Source: the human T2T-CHM13v2.0 reference genome, Homo sapiens
Assembly (NCBI RefSeq): GCF_009914755.1
Contig: NC_060925.1
DNA length: 64,000 nt
Reading direction: 5' to 3' (one strand)
This document shows positions 16,821 to 38,592 of the stretch, one piece after another. The position numbers were made by a program, and so were the translations under genes. Positions within the stretch are counted from its first letter, which is position 1. The number at the start of each line of letters is the position of its first letter. The notes beneath the pieces were generated by a model. That model did no database searches and was not told the origin of the DNA. It was given only the letters and a program-made list of their open reading frames with translations.

Positions 16821-17821
16821 AGCTATAGCTGGCTATGCCACAGTGTATGATAATGTATCCAGATAATTTGTCTACAAGTGGTTTTTATTTCAGATTTATA
16901 GACTGTAGCATTCCTTAGAAATATCTATGTCTAAACTCTAAGGAAAGTTGGGTCTTGGAAGGAATTAGCTGAGCATTTAGTTGAAATGATCTTGCCCTTC
17001 GGAGTTACTGATGATGAAAATGACAAGTGACAGCTTACTTAGAAGATAAGTAGGGAATGAGTCCATAGACTTAGAAATATCTGTGTCTAAACTCTAAGGT
17101 AATTCGGGTCTTGGAAGGAATGAGCTGAGCATCTAGTTGAACTGATCTTGTCCTTCAGAGTCACTGATGATGAAGATGACAAGTGACAGCTTACTTAGAA
17201 AATAAGTAGGGAATGAGTCTATAGACACCATGTGGCATACCAAAAATCTGTCAGTTTTTCTGATAATGAATATGGGGCTAGAAATACCCTTTTTCTGAAT
17301 ATCCTTGGCCACATAATTCTGCCCATATATTGGGCAGAAATTGCTGGAATAGCTTATGCAGTGGTTTGTGTATATGTTGTTGGGTCTATATTCTTGACTG
17401 TATAACAAATTCATACTTCCTGTCCTAACTTGAGAGATCTGTAATTAGTTTAATTACTGATTCTTGTTTTAATGAAGCAACCAAGGACTTACTGCAGCAT
17501 TATTTCTTCCTTTGACACTGTCCCCATTTGACTGTTAGGTTTCAGCAACTCAAATGGGCTTTCAGACTTAGTGCCTTAAAATAAAAGGCAAAGATTACAT
17601 TTTATCAAATAAAATTTAAAGCCTATCATTTTTAATAAAATTTGCTGGGTCTAATACACTGTTAGGAAATCATAAACAAAAAATTACATATAATTTAACA
17701 TTTAACATCTGATCATAAATGTGAAAAATATATACAGCTATAGCTGTCTATACCACAGTGTATGATAATGTATCCACACAATTTGTCTACAAGTGGTTTT
17801 TATTTCAGATTTATAGACTGT
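16821..17821. repeat. 86-bp direct repeat pair (16821-16906 and 17736-17821)
   Basis: 4 mismatches in 86 bp. Confidence 0.93.
16915..17226. repeat. Tandem duplication, 2 x 156 bp
   Basis: 16915-17070 vs 17071-17226, about 13 mismatches by eye, no indels. Confidence 0.95.
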
Positions 17822-17910
17822 GGGGATGTGTAATCAGCCTTTATAGACAAAGTCGAGATGCTAAGAGGCTGATTTGTTTGTTTATGGATTGTTGGGAGGT
17901 GAGGAGATGA

Positions 17911-18153
<243 letters not shown>

Positions 18154-18469
18154 TGATTCAAGCAAATAGGTTTTTGTCATTTCAGGAAGAGAAAAGTCAG
18201 AAGTTAAAATGGCAGTGGACATCTTAAAGTGGAAAAGATCTCAAAAGCCTCTACCTTCCCTTATTTTAGTTGCAAAAGGGAAGTCAGATTCCTGGTATTT
18301 TTCATATATTATTCAACTTCAACTTGAAGAACTGGCTGTTTTCTTCTTTCTTGTCATTATCAACCTGCAGCTGTCAGACCTCATCAGCGATGACAGTTGA
18401 CGTTAATGGGATTTACCAACTTGTTTATAGTATAATCACATGAACAATAAATTTCTCCTTATTTTGCAG

Positions 18470-18593
18470 CATTGGACACATTTCCACCATGCTAATGGCA
18501 TTTTAAATATATTTGGCAATTTTCCCAATTTTTTACTGAAGAAAACTGTAAGTTTATACTTGAGGACTGAAGTGTGACTCTGCCGATTATCAG
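18470..18593 (+). other. CTTNBP2NL: Predicted exon 2 (5' UTR, 124 nt)
   Basis: Acceptor tttctccttattttgcag|C at 18469/18470 and donor CAG|GTCAGT at 18593/18594 in unique sequence. Confidence 0.75.
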
Positions 18594-18870
18594 GTCAGTA
18601 TCACCCCTACCTCCAAGAATATCACTGCTATCCTAAAATCTAATGCAGTTTTACTGTCATTCTTTTATATTTCAGGCAAAAATTTATTGCAGTGTCTATA
18701 TATTGAGATTACATTCAAATGCATAGAACAGAAGGAACTGTTAAATGTTAATACTTATAAATGGTGGTTATTGGAATATGCAAAAACAGATCTGTTGGTT
18801 CTTACATTACACAGCAGTGGCCTTTCTTTCCTCCTGTGTAATATTTATATTGTGTTCATGTAGACACTAA

Positions 18871-19200
<330 letters not shown>

Positions 19201-20026
19201 GAGTTGGGACATATTAGTGAAATGTTCCAGTTATTAACATTTGTGTGCAGAAGTGATTTATAAACACAGAGATAATAAAAGAATTCTTCTTTGTCATTGA
19301 CAAGGAATAGAACTTTTTCTTGCCTAGGCTGGACTGTTTTGTAATTAAAGTGACTCTGAAGATTGTTTTAATTTTACTCTTTTATAAGGATGTATATTTA
19401 TCATAACAGATCAAAGACTTTTTGTTTCATTTTACATATCGAACACTTTAAGTACAATATAATTTAGTTCTTTGTATATGTACCTCTTATTTTTATTTTA
19501 TTAGAATCTAACAAATAATACTTGATTTTTACTTAGAAGCTTAAACTAGAACCAAGAAGGACTTCCCAATTGCAAAAGGGCAACTGAAGTTATTTCCGAG
19601 GTCATCGATCTTGGCTGTCTGCAGTTTTTGATAGTGCCTTTCTTAAATTCTTTTGAAAAATGAGACAGGATAATAGTTACTAATAATGAAACCAGGTATC
19701 AGCAATGTGGTAAGATATTCTACATTTATTAACTTAATCTTCATAGCAGCCCTATGAGTTAAATATCATCATCCCCCTTTCACAGATTAGAAAACGGAGT
19801 CAGATAACTTGCCCAGTCACACAACTAGGAAGATGCAGATGTGGCATCTGACTACCAAGCTACATGTTCTTTCCAATATAACCTCTAATAAAGTGTAGCT
19901 TTATTAGGTTTGTTAGAATTTTTTTGTTTAGTTTTGTTTTAGTTTTTATTTTTATTTTTAAAATAAATGTTATCAGATATATCCCTGATACTAAAGTGAA
20001 CGTCATTTACTAGTTGCTGAAATTCA

Positions 20027-20687
<661 letters not shown>

Positions 20688-21183
20688 TTACTATGCTTTA
20701 AAAGACTTGGACAGCATGTCCTGGAACACAATCTAACAACAAAGTGAAGTATGCATTTTATACATGTTCACTTAAAAGCAGTAGCTCTGGAAGGAATCAA
20801 TTCTTTTTTTGTGTGCCCCCCAAAATTAAAAAGAGTGATAAATTACTGGAGGATGTGTGAACTGGTCATGTTTTGATTCACTTTCCATAAGAGTGGCAAT
20901 TTGAAAATAAAAAGTGGAGAGAGAAATATTTGTTCTACTTTGGAAATTATAAAATATATCTTACCATACACACTGGTCAGAAGGCTCTTCCAAGATTGTA
21001 CAGCAGTCTAACTTGTATCTTTATGTGGTTTGTGAGAATTAGTGTTGTAGAAAGGATTGAGTTTGTGTCATGCAATTTGCCATTTAACATACTTTGGAAC
21101 ATGCAGATTCTCAGAGAAATGTGAACTTACCAAGTCAGATAAATTCAGTTTTTGGTAGCCTAGCCAATTAAGATGTTTAAACA

Positions 21184-21490
<307 letters not shown>

Positions 21491-21680
21491 TTAAACCCTA
21501 TACTTTGAGAATTCATTTAAAAGTAAGTTTGCATATAGTTGAATTAAGTCTATTTTACTATACAAGATATAAATATTGTGTTAGCTATTGTCTGTGAAAG
21601 CAGACAATTTAAAAGAAAAATTTCTCCCATACTCCCACCAAACATTATCTCTTTTCCCGAATTTTATTTTAACCAATTGA

Positions 21681-22145
<465 letters not shown>

Positions 22146-22438
22146 TGAGATTTCCTAGGATATTTGTTTGTAAACGTGTCTGGAGGAAATATGATGAAAA
22201 ATTGATCTTTGTGAGTGGTAGTGAAATCAATAATTAAAGTGAATTTTACTTTCTGTTGTTGCTTAGTTTGTGATTAACACCAGAAAACATATTTCTATTT
22301 AATTTCAACTATTTCCTTTATTAAGGCATTTGATACTATAATTGCTCTTATCTCTCACTTTATTTTTTCTTTAATTGTATCAAATTAACTATGTCTTTGG
22401 AGATTGTCTGATTGTTACCTTTGTTTCAGGCTTTCAAG

Positions 22439-22537
22439 ATGAATCTGGAAAAACTCAGCAAGCCTGAACTCCTGACACTATTTAGTATTCTTGAAGGAGA
22501 GCTTGAAGCAAGGGACCTTGTTATAGAAGCCTTAAAG
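22439..22537 (+). CDS. CTTNBP2NL: CTTNBP2NL coding exon (exon 3, whole exon 22430-22537), aa 1-33 MNLEKLSKPELLTLFSILEGELEARDLVIEALK
   Basis: Acceptor ttgtttcag|G at 22429/22430, ATG at 22439 (AAGATGA), donor AAG|GTATGT at 22537/22538. Peptide is the start of the CortBP2 domain of the CTTNBP2/FILIP1 family. Too short for the ORF track. Confidence 0.96.
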
Positions 22538-22775
22538 GTATGTTAAAAGAAAAAAAAAAAGAGGTCATCATACATTGTGAAAGTCATTCATTAGTTTTAA
22601 TTTATTTAACTAAGGTATTTCTGCAGTTTCCATTGAAATTAAATGGAGGACATACTGATACTTGCCATAGGTAGCCACCTACATTGTGTGTTATTAGGGA
22701 CACTGGTGAAACCTTTCTGTTTTCAAAATAGTTCCCTTAGTTTCTCGATCTGATGTCTAGACCTTGAACTTCATT

Positions 22776-23064
22776 CTTTTTTTTTTTTTTGAGACGGAGT
22801 GTCACTCTGTCGCCAGGCTGGAGTGCAGTGGCGCTATCTCGGCTCACTGCAACTTCTGCCTCCTGCATTCAAGTTCCTGCCCCAGCCTCCTGAGTAGCTG
22901 GGACTACAGGCGCACACCACCATGCCCAGCTAATTTTTGTATTTTTAGTAGAGACAGGGTTTCACCATGTTGGCCAGGATGGTCTTGATCTCTTGACCTG
23001 GTGATCCGCCCCCGCTTAGCCTCCCAAAGTGCTGAAATTACAGGTGTGAGCCACCACGCCCGGC
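22776..23064 (-). mobile_element. Alu (AluSc-like)
   Basis: Antisense Alu; TSD ttcattctttt. Confidence 0.9.
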
Positions 23065-25751
23065 AGAATTTCATTCTTTTAGTTTAGTGGCCCTTAGCTG
23101 TTTTTGAACGCTGACCCCTTTGAGACTTGATAAGAGCAACTTCCTAATAAATGTACATACATCCATATATCAAAATTTGAAATATAATATCTGGGAGATC
23201 AAGGATCCCATGAAAACATCCACGGATTCCCTGGACCCCAGATTAAGAATTCTTTTGGTAGTTTTAGCCCATTTCTAATTGTCACTGCTAATTGCCTATT
23301 GTTATTCTCACTTCTTTGCCCCATTTATCATCTGTCTCAATCCCTTCATAATTAGGATAGGAGTGGAGGTAACAGCTGCCTCTAATGGAAAAATCAGAGG
23401 ATGACCTCGTTTTCTCTTTTATAGTTTTACCGAGATAACCTGTCTGCTTTTCAGCCTTAGAAACTGTACAAACCTGTAGTGCTTTATGTGTCTATTTACT
23501 AATCACTGTATCCTCAGCACCCAGCATAGTGCCAGACATGTAGATGCTCAGTAAATGTTTGTTGAACAAATGAAATGATTGTACCATTGTGGTGTGTTAC
23601 TTTAAAAGATTACTATAATACTTCTAAGTGGATGTTGTGAATTACTAAATTTTAAAGCCTCTTCTTATGTACTCTGCAGCACATACTGCCTTCTGGTTTT
23701 AATGTTAACAGATGCTTAGATGCTTTTTGCACATGTTTTCCTAAAATATATTTTTTTCTTCATGAATCCAATTTTGGTTACTATAGGCAGTTCTGATAAG
23801 TTGAGAGAGAAGCTTGAGAAGCAAGAGCTAAAATTAAGGGAGCCTTTTGATATAAGATACCATTCAGAATCAGGCACAAGTGTTGTATTTAGTCTGCATA
23901 TGGTCTGTAGGTGATAAAATTATTCTGAGGCTTAACTCTGTGCAGTTTAGGTGAAATGAATAACTTCACCAGAAGTGACATATCTTTAAACAATCTATTG
24001 TTAGATAAAATAGGGGGCAGCCGGGATTAAAATTGTTTCAATCGTTTGAGAAAAGTAACTGCCATAGCATTCTTTAAACTGAAGTATCATTTTATTTATG
24101 GAGTTTTGGGGGGTTTTTTGTTGTTATTTGTTTTGGTTCTCCAATGTATCAGGATTTTACTGCATTATTTGTATCGTTTTTTGCTTAACAATAAACACCT
24201 GTTGGACTTTATGAACTACTATGGCAACTTACCAATTTTCTTCCTTTTAATATTGGTTCTTAATTGATGCTTAGTGGGTTGAAAAGGTTTTGGTCTTTGT
24301 TCTAAATAGTTATGATTTGTTTTTCTTTTCTGTTTTGTCTCCAGTAAAAAAAAGCTTATCTTTTTATTTTCTCCCTAGCTTCAAAATAGATTTTTGTCTG
24401 GACATAAAATCTGTTCTTTAATCTTATATCTCTAAACAAAACCATATGGCTTACTGTCACTTCTTTGGCAAGGCTTGAGTTTCTTTCAGGATATGTTGTA
24501 AAGTTCCCATAGGCTGTAAGTTGACCTCACCTATAGAGTTAGAATTGTAAAAGAGCTACATTCCTATTCCAAAATTTCTGCAAAGTGCCAGATTGCAGCT
24601 ATACTCTTCTAGAGCCCCCCATAATTACGTTCTTTTTCTTCCCAGAATCCTCCTCACTCACTCTCTATTGCAGCCAAGACATGTTTGGCATAGAACCAGG
24701 GAAAGCCAATAGAAAATAATGTAACACATTATTCAGTGTCTTGTATATTTCAAATCTAATTGTTATGGAGGGGACCTATACTATATTTGGTCCTAATTAA
24801 ATTTTATTTAAAGTGGTTTTCTGTTTTAGAAGGAATCATGTCAGAAAAAAAAAAACTTCTTTATGAACGTCTTTCCCTTTTATTACTTTAATTTCATGAA
24901 TAAGAACACCAAAGGAATACCCTCTACAATGAAAGCAAATTACATTGCTCATGAACTGTCTGGGGGAAGCAGAGAGTGGAACCACATAGTTCAGCAGGAA
25001 AGCCTCAGTTCATTAATTCCAAGCAAATCTAGTAAATGGCTTCCTACCATAGGCTGTGATTGCTTCAGAGGAGAATAAAGGAAGGTTAATCAATGGCCAT
25101 TTTAAAAAATCTGAAAAATAGATTTGACTGCTAATAAAATTTAGATTAAATAGTTTATTTCTGAATATTCCACATCGGGTATATTACATCTGCACATCTT
25201 AGATCTGATGCAAAGCCACACTAAATGGCTTCTGTGACTAAATAGAATCCACCTTGCATTTATTGGTATTGCTTTATTTTAAAGCATTCTTTAAATCATC
25301 TATACAATGATAAATGGTGAAATATTACAGCTTTCATGTGCGATTAACTTAAGGAGTCTTGAATTCGTTTCCACTGATGCCTCAATCATAAAATAGGGAT
25401 ATCCTCTTTTAAAACCGAGGATAGAACTTTGTTGTGTTTGGCCAAATGCTGTTGCAAAATCCCCCAAGCAAGAAGATTTACAGGCAAAAATGTTGTAGAC
25501 ATGACAAAGTTAGAAGTATATTTAGAGTATGAGATTATGTAATACATCATTCTATAGGTTTAACTGTTGTGAGTTTTTTCAGCCACAAAGGGTTAAAATG
25601 AAAAAATCGAAATGTTATGTCTTTGTTGAAACAAATAATTTACTTTCACTGAAAATATTATTGAAAAAATAATCATAAGGATCTAATGACAGTGCCAAAA
25701 TATAGAAAACAAAAGTTACCATGGAAGGTGCTGTGGCTTAAGAACATCACA

Positions 25752-25842
25752 GCTATGATCATATAGTGGTTAGTACTCTGTGTTGTGCCTGCAGCAACCT
25801 CAGTTGTATCCAAGTTGTGGCACCAAAAATTAAAAAAAAAAA
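25752..25842 (+). pseudogene. Processed tRNA-His(GTG) retrocopy with CCA and A-tail
   Basis: 25752-25822 aligns end to end with cytosolic tRNA-His-GTG as recalled (ATAGTGGTTAGTACTCTG and GCAGCAACCTC intact). CCA at 25823-25825, then an A-rich tail. All CpGs decayed; B box and acceptor stem disrupted. Confidence 0.92.
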
Positions 25843-26424
25843 TAACAATGCAAGTTCACTATAAGTCCATAGCCTAACATCTGCCTTTGGTCACGGCCTT
25901 GTACTTATTATGGAAGCAGATTATTATAAAGACTGGTCTGAAATGAAAAACGTAAAATTGAACTTAGCAATCACCATACATACTAATAAGCCTGTGAAGA
26001 GAGTTTGCATTTTTTAAAAAAATCAGATATTAGCTTGCTTGATAACAGATCTTTGAAAGTCTTAAACGGACTCAAGTTGAAACATTCTCTGGCACCCATA
26101 AGCCTGGACCTAACAGTTCTTTGGCCAAAAATGATCCCATTTTAATAGATGGTTTTTAGGAAGAGCTTTTAAGATTGGGATGGGTGGTTTCGATCATTGA
26201 TAAAGATCACATGAACACATGAACATAAGCTATAACTGACAGAAGTCCAATTTCTGTCTAGTTCCCAACTGGGATATTAGGGTGGGAGCAGAACTTTATT
26301 TAGGTTACTGAGTTATAAGGTTTTTATATTTACAGTATTCATAACCTTTATTATAAAACGTTAATGAATTAATCAGTGACCATTTGTGGCCACATTTTAA
26401 TATGTTTTTTAGAGTTGGAGTGGC

Positions 26425-27042
26425 TTTTTTTTTTTTTTTGAGATGAAGTCTCGCTCTGTTGCCCAGGCTGGAGTGCAATAGCATGGTTTCAGCTCACTGC
26501 AGCCTCCGCCTCCTGAGTTCAAGTGATTCTCCTGTCTCAGCCTCTGAGTAGCTGGGATTACAGGCGTGCGCCACCACACCCAGCTAATTTTTTAATACTT
26601 TTATAGAGATGGGGTTTTACCGTATTGGCCAGGCTGGGCTTGAACTCCTGACTCCTGATCTACCCACCTCAGCCTCCCAAAGTGCTGGGATTACATGCGT
26701 GAGCCACCACACCCAGCCTGGAGTGGCTATTTTTATTCCTATGCTCTGTTTCTTTTTCTGGAGACAGAGTCTTACTCTGTCGCCTAGGCTAGAGTGCAGT
26801 GGCTGGAGTGAGCAGCTCACTGCAGCCTCAACCTGCTGGACTTCAGTAATTCTCCCACCTCAGCCTCCTGAGTAACTGGGACTACAGGGGCATGCCACTA
26901 TACCTGGCTAAGTTTTGTATTTTTTGTAGAGACAGGGTTTTGCCATGTTACCCAGGCTGGTTTCGAACTCCTGCTCAAGCAGTTCTGCTGTCCCAGCCTC
27001 CCAAAGTGCTGGGATTACAGGCATGAGCCACCGTGCCAGCCT
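26425..27042 (-). mobile_element. Two antisense Alus (26425-26718, ~26750-27042)
   Basis: Antisense consensus; TSD tggagtggct for the first. Confidence 0.9.
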
Positions 27043-27431
27043 ATTCCTGCTCTCTCTGAGTAAAGTTTATACATGGATTCCTGATTTTTCAAAAAAGAAA
27101 CATAAAGATAATTACTAGGCACTCTTCAAAACCATCAACCAGAACATTCAATTAAGTGTAGCTGTTAGGAATGTGAGCTTTCAAGTGAGACAGACTTTAG
27201 GGTTTGAGCTCTGCCACTCAATTGTAGTGTGATCTTAGACCAATTATTTTACCTTGTAAGTTTTATTGGTAAAATGTTATGGTTATTACGAGGACCAAAT
27301 GAGATAGCAAATGCTAATTGAAGTGCTCAGTGCTCATTTACTGTTGGTTATTATTATTAGAACAGAGGTTCAAAGTCCATCCATCCATTTAGGAACAAAG
27401 ATACATTCCATAAAGCAAGAAATACTAATAA

Positions 27432-27915
<484 letters not shown>

Positions 27916-28229
27916 GAAGAAGAAAGAAATACTGATAATAGGAAAATGACAGTTCTTCTCAATTAAATCTTTGTTGTTATTAGTGGCACTTGGACATTAT
28001 CTTGTTTTTCTTATGGGAATTGACAGTTTTGAGGTGACCCATTCCCATCCACACACCCAAAAGCATGTATTTTGAGACAGCAAAGGTTAAGGGTGTACTC
28101 TGGTGCATGGAACAGATGTTTTAATTCCTTCTCTTTATAATGAAAACAGGAAATACAGGGATAATGCAGAAGCCTTCGTAGCAGATTTTTTTTCATTGAT
28201 TTGTTTATTATTCCATTGTTTGATGCAGC

Positions 28230-32520
<4,291 letters not shown>

Positions 32521-32682
32521 GTCCTTGTTGTGTGTCTGAAGTATTGTGTGAAAGAGAGCTTCATCCCCTTTTTTATTGACCTTCTCTGAGATCAAGTAGA
32601 GTGATGTGGAGTAGCTTTTTCAGATTTATTCTGCTGCTTTTTAGAAACTAAATTCTGTAATTTAATTTTTAAAATTTTGCTG

Positions 32683-33178
<496 letters not shown>

Positions 33179-33847
33179 TCCCCATGGCAAAACTTAATAG
33201 TAATTTAAAAATCATAAACATTTCAACAGAAGAAACAATACCTCTACTGCTTTTATGAACTCCTCTCCTTTAAAGCAACTTTCCTTTGTCTTTTATTGGT
33301 TTTAATATTTTATTGGCTTCTTATGATCATTTTTCCAAAGACAAAAATACAAAGTGTGAATTTTTATACCTGATAGAATATTATTACCCCTTTCCCAGGA
33401 ATAACAGAAATAATTTATTTGAAACAATCTTAAAGGCTCCTTTTATGGTAAACCATTTAAATTGATTTTTAGTGGCTCACTTAGGAAATAGACATCAAAA
33501 TGTACCATTCCTTTAGTATTTTTCCGAAGGCATTTTTTCTCGTTAATCTGGGAGCACAAGAAGATTGATTTTAAAGGGGATTGTGTTTATAGGTGACATC
33601 CCCTATATTCTGAATGCTGCTCCAGAGTCAGTTGTTGAAGAATAAGTAAACATAGTATTGCTTCTCCGTTTTACTTTTGGGTAAAAAAATTCAGGGTTTG
33701 TTTCTTTTACTGAATTTACTAATCTCAGGACACCTACTGAGGAGAGTGGCTGTAGTTGACATGATTTTACATAAAAATCCATTTACGAAACATTTTGTAT
33801 AAGTTAACTTCCAATTACCCCTCAGACAACCCATGATAACATAGTTA

Positions 33848-34243
<396 letters not shown>

Positions 34244-34869
34244 TTATGAAGCCATTTTAAAATAAGATGCATATGAAGAACGTTTAATGACATAGTAGTG
34301 TTCCTAGGACAAAATTAAATATATCCTTTAATCTCAATTATAAGCATTTATATATATATGTATCCACACACACACACTCACACACATACACACACATAAA
34401 AGACTCAAGCAAATACATTGAAATTTGTAGTTTGAGTGTTAATAGTGGTTGGCCCTAGGTAGTAGAATCATATGCATATTTTAATTTTTTCTTCAGAACT
34501 TCTGCTTTATATCTTAGTTACTTTTATTTCAGAAATGTTGATTTTTTTAAGTAACAATAATCTTGTACAACACATTTTTTTCTCAACTCTCAGTTTATTA
34601 ACATTCTTGCCCAAAGAAGATACTTTAGCCTTCTATTATTCACTTTGTAGGAAAATAAATTAGAGCTAATCAGACCTACAGTTAAATTCTTCTTTTTTGG
34701 TTGTTCCTGATATTAAGTTAATATTATTTCTTTCCAACCCACCTGAAATAACTCAACTGAATCTGCCTAAAAAACCAACCTAAATTTCCAGACTATCCAG
34801 TAAAAAGATTGCAGAGTTTGGGGGAAGAAAAAAGAAGACTTGAATAAAGACCTTTTTATCATACCACAG

Positions 34870-35142
34870 TCTAAAGAGTTGTCTTTTAAACATTTTTGAA
34901 ATAAATTTCACATTTCACCACAATCCAGGATACATATACACACCCATATACGTATATTAACTAAAACCAAAATTTCACTAGAATTTACTTTGTGTTTTAC
35001 TATACTATAATATTTATACTATACCATACTGTACTGTAATATTTTCTGTTATACTTCATTTTTCTTTAAATGCTGATTATGACCCCACTAGACTAGTTTT
35101 ATGATCCACTAATGAGCTGTGATCCAAAGTTTGAAAAACATT
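34870..35142. mobile_element. hAT-Charlie-like non-autonomous DNA transposon relic; related copies at ~46678-46880 and ~61437-61670
   Basis: Shared motifs across the copies: ctcaaacttttt, gacccag..tacacac, atccactaatg..., agtttgaaaaaca(ctg). Exact family not determined. Confidence 0.6.
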
Positions 35143-36436
35143 AGTCTAAAGCACTTCCTTTAATTTCTTAATTTGTTTTATAGTGGCAAGATTTCACTTT
35201 GTTTCATCTTGCCAGATCCTGAGACTGGAAATAAGATTTATTTAGGTATGTTTCTTATAAAATTCTAAAAGAATTTTGCTAAGCTATGGAATCAGAAGCT
35301 ATTCCCAAAGTTTATTCCTTTAACAAGAACTAGCATTGTATATAGCCCTCTATGGTTTTCAGAGTGTTTCTATGTGTGATATGTTGTTGAATTCTCTGTA
35401 CCCTTGTGAAGTTGATATTTTACATGCAGATCCTGGAGCTCATCTCTTGTAATTTAACATATTATTTTCAGATTAACTGTGCTCAGCTAAATGAACTATG
35501 GGATCTGACCATAAGAGATAAAATGTGTTTCATTAAAAACTGTACCTGTAAAGGTGAGGAGAAACTGGCACTCTCCTATATTGTTGTCCTCAACTGGTTA
35601 AGGAGAGTTTGGCAATATCTATCAAATTTAAAAATGCAGAGCCAGGAATGGTGGCACTTGCCTATAGTCCCAGCTACTTGGGAGGCTGAAGCAGGAGGAT
35701 CACTTGAGGTCAGAAGTTCCAAGCTCTAATGCAAAATGATTTTGCCTGTGAATAGCTATTGTACTCCAGCCTGGGCAATATAGCAAGACCTTACCTCTTT
35801 CTTAAAAAAATGCATGTATCTAGACGAAATTTCACTTCTAGAAATTTCTGCTACAGATGTCCTTAGGCCTTTACAATACAAATGTTCTTAGAGCTAATCT
35901 TTACACAATGAAGTATATGTGTAAAGATACCCATTGCAGCATAATTCATAGAAACAAAATGCTAGAAACAATTTAGTGTCTCTTATTAGGGTTCTGGTCA
36001 AGTAAATTATGGTATGATTGTAGAATAAAATACTGTGAAACTAATAAAATGAAAGATCTTTATATATAATAAAGAAAGAAAGTCACAGAGCACTGTACTA
36101 AATTCTTAAAAAAAGGCAGTATTAAGTTGCCACTGGTGAAGCCAGAAATACATCTCACAAAGCCTCTTCCTTCCTTTTAGCTTGGTTCTCTTGAGAATAG
36201 TAGGAACTCTTCTAATAATCTGTTCTAGGAAGAGCATGAAATTAGTAAGAGGGAAGTGCCAGATTCAGTGGTAGAGTACTCTAGCAGAAAAGGGCCAAAA
36301 GGTACAGGACAGGCTATTCATATGTGTTAGTTGTTCATAAATTGGCTATTTATTTAAAAAAGGACTGCATTCTTAAGCGATTAAATGTCTTTGCTCCATT
36401 CAGAAAAACATCAAACCCCATATATAAAAGCTAGCT

Positions 36437-37114
<678 letters not shown>

Positions 37115-38191
37115 AGCTAGCTCTTAAAAATTATTGTCTGGCATCAGCTGTTTGCTGTATAACTTTTTATCATGTCATCATTCATATTACAAATTGTGGC
37201 ATTTAGGGGTTCAAGAATGAAGATGCCAGAAGAATAAGCAAATTTCTCGTTTGACTGATGTCTTCCTGTGGGTTCTGTGTTTTGTTTTGTTGTTGTAGTT
37301 TTAATATTTTTCAAGAAAGGGGAAATTCAGTTTATAAAACAGTACCTATTTAGAGAACATACAGTTTTCCAGCAGTTACGGAGGGGCTTCAGCAAAGATT
37401 ACAGCAGTGAGGAATTTCATTGCATTTATTCAGCCTGTAACTAAAACAAATAAAAAAGGGAAATAGCTTATTCCTATTTTGACTTCCTCTTATTGTGTCT
37501 TCCTTGCATGTGTTAGCCTTGTGATTTGAGATTAATCAGGGGTTATTTCTAGTTGTCCCCATAAAGAGAAGAGAAGCAAAGGAAGACAAAGAGGTTGCTT
37601 CTAAAACTAAAACATATCATTTAGTATTCCAGTTTAGCCAGTTGTAAGAATAATTTGGAAGATAGGAGAAAACCATCTTGTATGTTTGCTGAAAATATTT
37701 ATGGAAAGGAGGCATTTATAGAATGAACTGGGAGTTTTATTATGTGAAATTGTTTTGTTAGAAAAGCATAGTAATATAACTATTCTACAAAACAGTTCTC
37801 TCACATATGCACAAGTTAGCTTATTGAAGCATTGTTTAATACAGTATTGGAAACTGTAAACAACATAAATGTTCATCACTAAGTTCCATCAATGGCTGCA
37901 TAAACTGGTGCATCCTTAGTATGGAATATTATATACTTTTTTTAATGAGAAAGAAAGCTATGTACTGACAGATCTCTCAGACAGTGAAAACAAATTGCAA
38001 AACAGTTTGACACAATAATAATATCTATGTAATTAGGTTTTATACACACAGACACCACACACATGCAAATGTATATATATTCTTGGAAATGGAGGCTGGG
38101 CACACAGGATCACTTGAGGCCAGAAGTTTGAGACCAGCCTGGGAAACAAAGCAAGACCCTGTCTCTACAAAAAATAAAAAACTTAAATTAG

Positions 38192-38592
<401 letters not shown>

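Noticed and set aside
16821-17821. Small LTR element or CRISPR-like array
   Set aside because: No TG...CA termini, primer-binding site, polypurine tract or TSD; only two copies per unit, no spacer array; eukaryotic context.
25752-25825. Functional tRNA-His gene
   Set aside because: Broken B box (GTTCGAATCC to GTTGTATCC), mismatched stems, encoded CCA plus A-tail and no adjacent oligo-T terminator.
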